DNA of 64,000 nucleotides from Octopus vulgaris. Its lineage: Eukaryota. The DNA is taken from positions 10,664,001 to 10,728,000 of the forward strand of contig OX597831.1 in NCBI GenBank assembly GCA_951406725.2. The letters run 5' to 3'. Under the pieces are notes generated by a model, which saw only the letters and a program-made list of their open reading frames with translations, did no database searches and was not told the origin of the DNA. The position numbers and the translations under genes are program-made. Positions 56,577-64,000 of this stretch are shown in pieces (within the stretch, counting starts at the first letter, position 1; every line of letters starts with the position of its first letter).

Positions 56577-56789
56577 CCTTTACTCTTTTACTTGTTTCAG
56601 TCATTTGACTGTAGCCATGCTGGAGCACCACCTTTAGTCGAGAAAATCGACCCCAGGACTTATTCTTTGTAAGCCTAGTACTTATTCTATCGGTCTCTTT
56701 TGCCGAACCGCTAAGTTATGAGGACGTAAACACACCAGCATCGGTTGTCAAGCGATGTTGGCGGGGGACGAACGCAGACACACAAACAT

Positions 56790-56822
<33 letters not shown>

Positions 56823-56988
56823 CATATATACGATTTGCTTCTTCCAGTTTCTGTCTACCAAATCCACTCACAAGGCTTTGGTCGGACCGAGGCTATAGTA
56901 GAAGATAATTGCCCAGGGTGCCACGCAGTGGGACTGAACCCGGAACCATGGGGTTCGTAAGCAAGCTACTTGCCACTCAGCCACTCCT
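56577..56988 (-). mobile_element. SINE family B, full-length young copy
   Basis: Highly similar to 43888-44328. Confidence 0.9.
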
Positions 56989-57047
56989 ATATATATGTAT
57001 ATATATATATATATACATAGGTTTTACTCACATACATACATGCATGC

Positions 57048-57134
<87 letters not shown>

Positions 57135-57187
57135 GAATGAGATAAAAAAAGCCAAGGCTGTGAAGATTTTAGAACATTTATAAATAG

Positions 57188-57235
57188 GTCTCACAGCTGT
57201 TTCCAGAATATTTATTACATTCCTTCATCGGACAC
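57188..57235 (-). ncRNA. Inverted second copy of the hammerhead (GUG site, likely inactive)
   Basis: Minus strand: GTGT-CCGATGA-AGGAATGTAATAAATATTCTG-GAAA-CAGCTGT-G-AGAC. Confidence 0.55.
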
Positions 57236-57478
57236 TTTAAATATAACCCTCGGTTCAAGAGCACTGTGTACAAACTCTATACTTGGAATGACCAATTTTT
57301 AATACTTTTGGAATTTACTCACAAGGTATTGGTATCTTATATGTATACCATTCTGCCTAAATAATGGATCTACAAATAATGGATCCCTTCATATCTCGCA
57401 TCTATTTTCATACCTCCACTTCACTCTCTATTTCGTATCTTATCTAAATTAACTATAGCTTATCCATATTCTCACGCC

Positions 57479-57526
57479 GTCTCCGATGAAGGTATATAAT
57501 AAATATCCTGGAAACAGCTGTAAGAC
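57479..57526 (+). ncRNA. Minimal type I hammerhead ribozyme, CCGAUGA core, GUA site
   Basis: GTCT-CCGATGA-AGGTATATAATAAATATCCTG-GAAA-CAGCTGT-A-AGAC; stem I GTCT/AGAC; palindromic stem III ACAGCTGT. Confidence 0.75.
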
Positions 57527-57962
57527 CTTCTAATTATAAATGTTCTGAAATCTTCACAGCCTTGGTTTTTTATCTCATTCTGAAAAAAGAATTTCATATA
57601 TACTCATGCTGATATATGACCTACGTTTGACTCCTTATTCGCATAATTACCGAACCTGAAGCTTAACTATGGTCTATCTATAGCCATTACTCAGCATTAC
57701 CTGACATCTTTGGGTCTTATTGACACCATTACTTATCATAACTTCTCTCTCGCTCTCTCTCTCTTGCTCTATCGATCTATTTATATATATATATATACAC
57801 TTCCCGAAACTGTAAGGACATCTGGTAACTTGACTGACGAAAGAAGACTACGACTGACCCATCCTTATTTTCCTGTCCATCTAATTATTTTTTATCTGTC
57901 TGCATTTGTCTGGTCTATCTGTCCGGATGTTTTATGGTCCTCTATTTCGTTTTTGTTCCATT

Positions 57963-58085
<123 letters not shown>

Positions 58086-60011
58086 GAGAGAGAGAAAGTG
58101 AGATAGGGGAGAAAGAGGGTAGTACTCTCGAAAGTGACAGATCGCCTTTAATTGTCTAGTTGTGAAATATTATGGGGGTGATAATTAATCTCTCGGCATG
58201 GAATTTCCTAACAAAAACAAAAAAAAAAGAATATGTATACATATCTATTTACTACATTTTGAGCAATATATTTATAGCCCATGAACTTTTCAGGGACTGA
58301 GAGAACGTCACGATCCATGGCAACCTTGACTTTATTGATGAGAAAAACTGTGAAAACCAAGAGCTTTGTAGTGTCATCAATAAAAGAAAGTGAACCCCGA
58401 AGTGCAAAGCAAAGAAAAATAGTGACTTGTCGATTGAACGGGATTGCCTCTGTTTCGAAATGACGAACTATTCCTGATATAAAACATGCATACAACTACA
58501 AGGTCTGAAAAATCGCTGAGGATTATGTGTCTCATTTATGGAGACCGTTTATTAGAAGCGTAACCTGCGAACAAAAGACACATCAGCTGATTGCCCTGAA
58601 TCCTACAAACTTAGTATTCAACTACTTAACATACACACTGATAAAATATTTATCTTAGTAATGCATTTAACTTTCCATGTTTATTATTCGTTTATTAAAG
58701 TTCAGTTCATTCATTTATTTAACGCATTTGGAAAATCAGCGAAAGGCTTAATTTCATTCCTTTGCGCAAAACTTTAAGGCACTAACAAATTGCTCCTGAA
58801 GACACGTTAAACTTTTACCTGTAGAATGATTATTTTCCCGGAACCCACACACCCGAGCGTTTTATTTATTTCACGAATTTTAAGTTATGATTTCTGTTGT
58901 AATATTACATCATAATCTACTTCTGTTGATACTATTAAGTTCATTAAAAATGTATATTGATTAAATTAAATAATTATTAATTCATACTCGTTATTGATTT
59001 GTGACTTAAGAAGAAAGACAAAGTTGTTAAGAGAAAAAAATCATACCACGCTGTGCAAGTTATAACTTTTTTTCCTCACAATGGTCTTAATTCCTTTAAT
59101 TAACTCCAAATAGCTCATAGTTTCTTGTTCTCTTGTTTAATTTCTCTTTTATCCTGAGATTGCCCATGGAGTGGAAAATTGGATGTGTAGGCTCCATAGT
59201 CTTCTGACTTTCATGTGTTTTTTGTATTAAAAAATGAATTATTTACAGCTGAAAACCTAAAATAAAACTTGACCTCCTACATTAGGACGTTACACGTATC
59301 ATTATTCTATCAGTCCGTGTTTTCCTTTCACACGTCGGGTGTCGAAACTGTCTTTGCGGTCGAAGTATAGTTTATCGAAGTTCATCTGATGTTCTAATGC
59401 GTTTCCTACCAAGCGTTATTGACATTCATATATGGATGGTGTGTCAAATGTAGAAATGTTTCTGTCGAGTCATTTTAAATCTAATTAACGAAGTTTCTTC
59501 ATAACCATCACCTCGGTCTAATTCCCCATCTAAATCAACGGTTTAGCCCGTCAGTCTGCATTCAGTAACAGTTTTATTGCGCTTAGGTGTGTCTTGACTG
59601 AAACACTGCAGAATACATTTTCTAGACGTAACATAGCAGTGAATCTTTTAGCAGATTTACATTAGCAATACCTGTTACAAATCCATTTAGAGAGTAAAAC
59701 TTAGGAAAAATAATTCGATCAATTCTTTCCGGTCTCTTCTGAAGTGGAGTTGGTGCTAAGACATATTGCCGAAAATTTCCTCATCTGCATACAAGCAAAG
59801 AAAGATCTCATAACTTTAAATCTTCGAGAAAATGACAGCCAAAATAAATCCTGTTTGAATAATACCAGTCTTTTGAATGCTTGTGAATAATGATCCACCT
59901 GAAAAGACAATTGGTTACCTGCCTAAGCTCCGATAATTGAAATGGAAATTCTAACCTGTTTCTCTCTTTGAGGATATACAGTAACAAAAATAAAATATGA
60001 CGGATTTTCAT

Positions 60012-60410
60012 AATGACGATGATGATGATGATGATGATCAGAAGGAGGAGAAGGAGGACGAAGACGAGGACGAGGTGAAGGAGAGCAATATCAACTTATA
60101 TTGAATAAGACTCGAGAGTTTATTGTTATTCAAAGTTGTGTGTTTAAAGTATAGAAAATTTAATTCGTGCAATATTTTTTTATTTCTGTTGCTGCTCTTA
60201 TGTTGAAATTTCTGGCAGCGGCGGTGGCGGTGGTGGTGGTGGTGGTGGTATTCTTGCTGATAATCATTATGATGATGACGACAACGATAACGATGTAGGC
60301 GATTATGATGATGATGATGAAGAAAAGGAAGAAGAAGTAGGAGGAGAAGGAGGAGAAGGAGAAGAAGAAAAAGAAGAAGAAGAAGAAGAAGAAGAAGAAG
60401 AAGAAGAAGG
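60012..60410. repeat. Compound trinucleotide repeats (GAT, GAG, GGT, GAA)
   Basis: Direct inspection. Confidence 0.9.
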
Positions 60411-61684
60411 ATGTGATGGGTATCTTGGATCAGCACTAATTAAGTAGATAAATATCAGGGAACTTGACATCTTTATTACAAACACTTTATCTTCAGATTT
60501 AAATCTTAACCATATGTTTACCGTTTCCTAAAAAGAAAAACGAAAACGAGCTTAATGTTTTATTTTCTTTTTCGTTGAAGCTGTAGCGTTTACATTGAGA
60601 ACGGTTCATGCTTCATTATTCCTGGACTCTCGTACATTCTGCATATTAAGTAACAGAGCATTCTTAATTTTATTTCATTCCTTAAATGAGAAAATTTACT
60701 TGTAAAAGTAAATCCCAAACATTAATTCTTGTAAGGTTTCAATAAATACATAGCATGTGACAATTCCTTACCTGAAATTTCATAGAATTATTTGTGAAGT
60801 TTCACTTGGAATTTCACTATTTCGGTTCCACGTTTGGTGATCTTTTTTGTTTACAGAACAATTTGCTGTGCTTTGATTTATGAATCTACGAGAGGATTGT
60901 TGGAATTTTCAGAATCGTTGTATGAACTGTATTTGGAATTTGAATGAATGCCTATTGTGTAAATAAACGCTACACTATTTAGAATCTGAAGTTCATGTTA
61001 CACATGCAAGGTGAGGCTGAGTAAATATACAGAGCAGGTTCATTCGCTCTGTAACTAAGTTGGACGATATGCAAAGTGAATTTCTACCAACATTCAGTTA
61101 AGCCTTTGGGTTGCTTGCCTTAGGAATTACGTTTGATCGAGATCGATGTTGATCCAACGGATTTATGTTTATCAATAAGATTCTCTGTAAAATTGGTTCG
61201 TGATATCAATTAATGGAGATCGATCGAGAATCTTCCATTGATATCGTCTTCGAAACGAGAAGCTTCAATGTTTCATTCAAGTAATCTACTTGAAACGAAA
61301 GAAAAAGCAGGCATCTTGTCAGAAATTATACGTATTAAAGTGTGTTACACAAAGATAGAAAGTGTAAGCTCTTCCTTCTCTTTTCGGCACTCTTTCTTTT
61401 TCACTCTCCCTTAAATTCCATTATTCTCTCCCCCTCACTGTTCCTGTCTCGCTGTCTTAACTTCCTCTCTTTCCTTCCTCTCCATCCATCCTTTCGCCCA
61501 TTTTCTTTCTTATTACTTTTACCTCTACTCCTCTCGCACTTTTCACTTTCTCCAGCTTTAGCTTTGCCTTTACTTTTTAGCCAACTGTTTAATCCAGGTG
61601 AGGACAAACTAGTCAGTATCGATCCCTGGGAATCTACATGACTTCCAAAGGGGCGATAAACGCCTGAAACGAATTTGAACATTA

Positions 61685-61980
61685 GTGGAGGCACATGACC
61701 TAGTAGTTAGCGCAGCGGACTCGCGGTCGAGGGATTGCGGGTTCGAATCTCAGACCGGGCGATGTGTGCGTTTATGAGCGAAACACCTTAGCTACACGCG
61801 GCTCCGGCAGAAGGTAAAGGTGAACTTCTACTGACTCTTTCTCTCACTCTTTCCTCCTGCATCTTGCAGCTCACCTGCGAAGGACTGGCGTCCCGTCCAG
61901 ATGGGTAGCCTATACGCCAAGGAAACCGGAAAACCGGCCCTAATGAGCCAGGCATGGCTCGAGAAGAATGAAACAAACAA
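61685..61980 (+). mobile_element. tRNA-derived SINE family C, tail variant 2, with 13-bp TSD
   Basis: TSD AATTTGAACATTA(61672-61684, 61981-61993); box B GGTTCGAATC; (AAAC)n end. Confidence 0.9.
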
Positions 61981-62732
61981 AATTTGAACATTAAGCGCGC
62001 TAGCAAACTGAACCTGGAAAACTGTGGGTAATTTAAGACTAAAACTCACTAATTTCCAACGAAATATTAACTAATTCAATATTAACTAGTATTCACCAAA
62101 CACACATTTCACATTAAATAGTCCGACTTTATCAATGTATGGCTGAATCTTTAATGTTCTTCATTAATTTCATTAAGAACTTTTCGTTAGATTTCTTTAA
62201 CTATTTCTCATTAAAGTACACTAATGACAAGCGAAAACAATAACAAACAAAAACATGTGAAATATTGCTTTGAAATTAAGAATTGTTTAATTAATTATAC
62301 TTTTAGAAATTTACATGATGGTGGTCGATAACTTATCAACGATTCATGGTTAGCATGAATGCTATGAGAAGTTTTGCCAACTCTAGGTTTACACCATTAT
62401 TTTCATATAACATATTGCCTGAAAACTTATATCCAGATGTTTTCATTCGTATGAGGATTATTGCTCATTAGAAGATTATTGCCGTATTAGAATTAAGCAC
62501 CAGTCGCGTACTGAAGTCGATCTTATCGATTGGCGCCCTCCCCAAAAAATGTCGGGCCTTGTGCCTAGAGTAGAAAAGATTATTGCCCATTAGGCAACAG
62601 AACAGTGTCACTTAATTTAGTTTGACTCCCCAACGTGTAAAGTTCAAATTGTTTTAGTATTTTCTTAACTTTAGTTTTGCAGCTGTTTTTTTAGCCTACT
62701 AATTAAACGAAAGGTCGGCATAATGGTCAATA

Positions 62733-62940
<208 letters not shown>

Positions 62941-63149
62941 TAATACCCTGATGCAATACCAGGCAGCAACTCTCATGGCTTCTAATCCTAATTTTTTCTT
63001 TTTTTTTGCTTATAGATGAGGCAGAAGTATAAAGTGTATTAATGAAGGGACAAGAAACAAAATGCTAAAAGATGTTAAATAGGAAATAAAAAAACATTAA
63101 TTCTGGAAAACACTCGGAGGAGACGCTAAAAAGCCAGAGGCCTGTAACC

Positions 63150-64000
63150 CGTTTAGAAAGGAAGCAGTAATCGGAAGTATAAAATAGTGCAAAGGCAGGA
63201 AACGAAACTTGGATATGAAATCGATTGATTAGGAAACATTGATTATATAGCCCATTCTTGGATAATGGAGTCGCTACAGATAAACAAAATGGCTCCAATG
63301 CTATAAATTATATCAACCATGCTATATCGAAATGGAAAACAATCATATCAATAGTTGTCAGAATGAAGGTAATTAAAAAGCAGCCAGATAGTCATGAGGA
63401 AAATAATCTTCCAGAGAGACTTTACATCCAGTATTGTTTTTCCTAGTATTGACACCATTAATAAATTCGTTGAATAAAGCTGCCCAACCAACGGTCGTAA
63501 ATGCTACGGACAAATTATCTCATCTATCTACGGATGACTTTAAAACATTTACAAAGAGCAATATTCAACTTGAAATACAGTTACAAATAATTCATGAATT
63601 CGGTCGAGACATAAAATCTGGCATGGGATTTGATAAACGTGTGAAGGTTACAATAAGAAGAGGCAATTTAACTGAAACCGAGAGCATTAAACAACAAAAA
63701 GACACTGAAGTTAGAGAATGAGAGTAGAATTAAGTACTCGTACAAATGTACGAGAGTAGATGATAAGATAGAGCATGGAGTCACGAGGAAGAAAATTAGA
63801 AACATTTGCCACAGAACAATGCGATGTATATTAAAAAAAGAAAGCCTAGCTGAATGTTAAGTATAAGTTAATAAGAATAAATAAACTAGACATTCCAGCA
63901 ATAAACTACAAGTTTAGCAAATTAAATTAGAAGATAAGCTAGTTGAAGAGCTCAGACAGGAAAACCATGAAGCTACTAAAAGTGTTCCGAACTACCAACA
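63150..64000 (+). mobile_element. Decayed R4/Dong-like non-LTR retrotransposon RT
   Basis: Broken frames give HSWIMESL, KWKT, IFQRD, LSHLSTDDFKTF..EFGRDI..GFDKRVKVTIRRG and DRKTMKLL. These match the R4/Dong-type pattern IFQGD / SHLFYMDDLK / FGLDKCAK...RG / DRKTRK. Confidence 0.75.

Larger units (their letters stand above)
57131..57745 (+). mobile_element. (TA)n-embedded fold-back element with a hammerhead in both arms
   Basis: Arms 57131-57235/57479-57584, ~243-bp spacer, unique 3' flank. Confidence 0.85.

Noticed and set aside
57800-57820. CCCGAAACTGTAAGGAC possible 3' half-hammerhead at the start of a TA-flanked insert
   Set aside because: Too short to distinguish from chance without a family consensus.

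Overview
AT-rich eukaryotic non-genic or intronic DNA saturated with (TA)n, (CA)n, (GATA)n and (AAT)n microsatellites and tRNA-derived SINEs. The repeat landscape strongly suggests an octopus (coleoid cephalopod) genome; this is an inference. Almost all supplied ORFs are microsatellite or SINE translations. Recognisable protein remnants are transposon-derived: two CR1/L2-group LINEs, an R4/Dong-like RT, Tc1, mariner and piggyBac. There is one possible host exon pair at about 52.4-53.2 kb and a near-perfect 1470-bp tandem duplication. The most notable signal is a set of at least 9 short non-coding elements, mostly embedded in (TA)n tracts. They have fold-back or partial-tandem architecture, and several carry minimal type I hammerhead ribozyme motifs with palindromic stem III. 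The two clearest have a non-canonical CCGAUGA core, and several elements share a TTTGACTGYTATTTC tail motif. They resemble Penelope-like pseudo-LTR or retrozyme-type mobile ribozymes. A second signal is a young SINE subfamily that repeatedly inserts at GGTATT-like sites, including the hairpin loop of older copies of itself. All structures were read by eye; no folding or database search was run.
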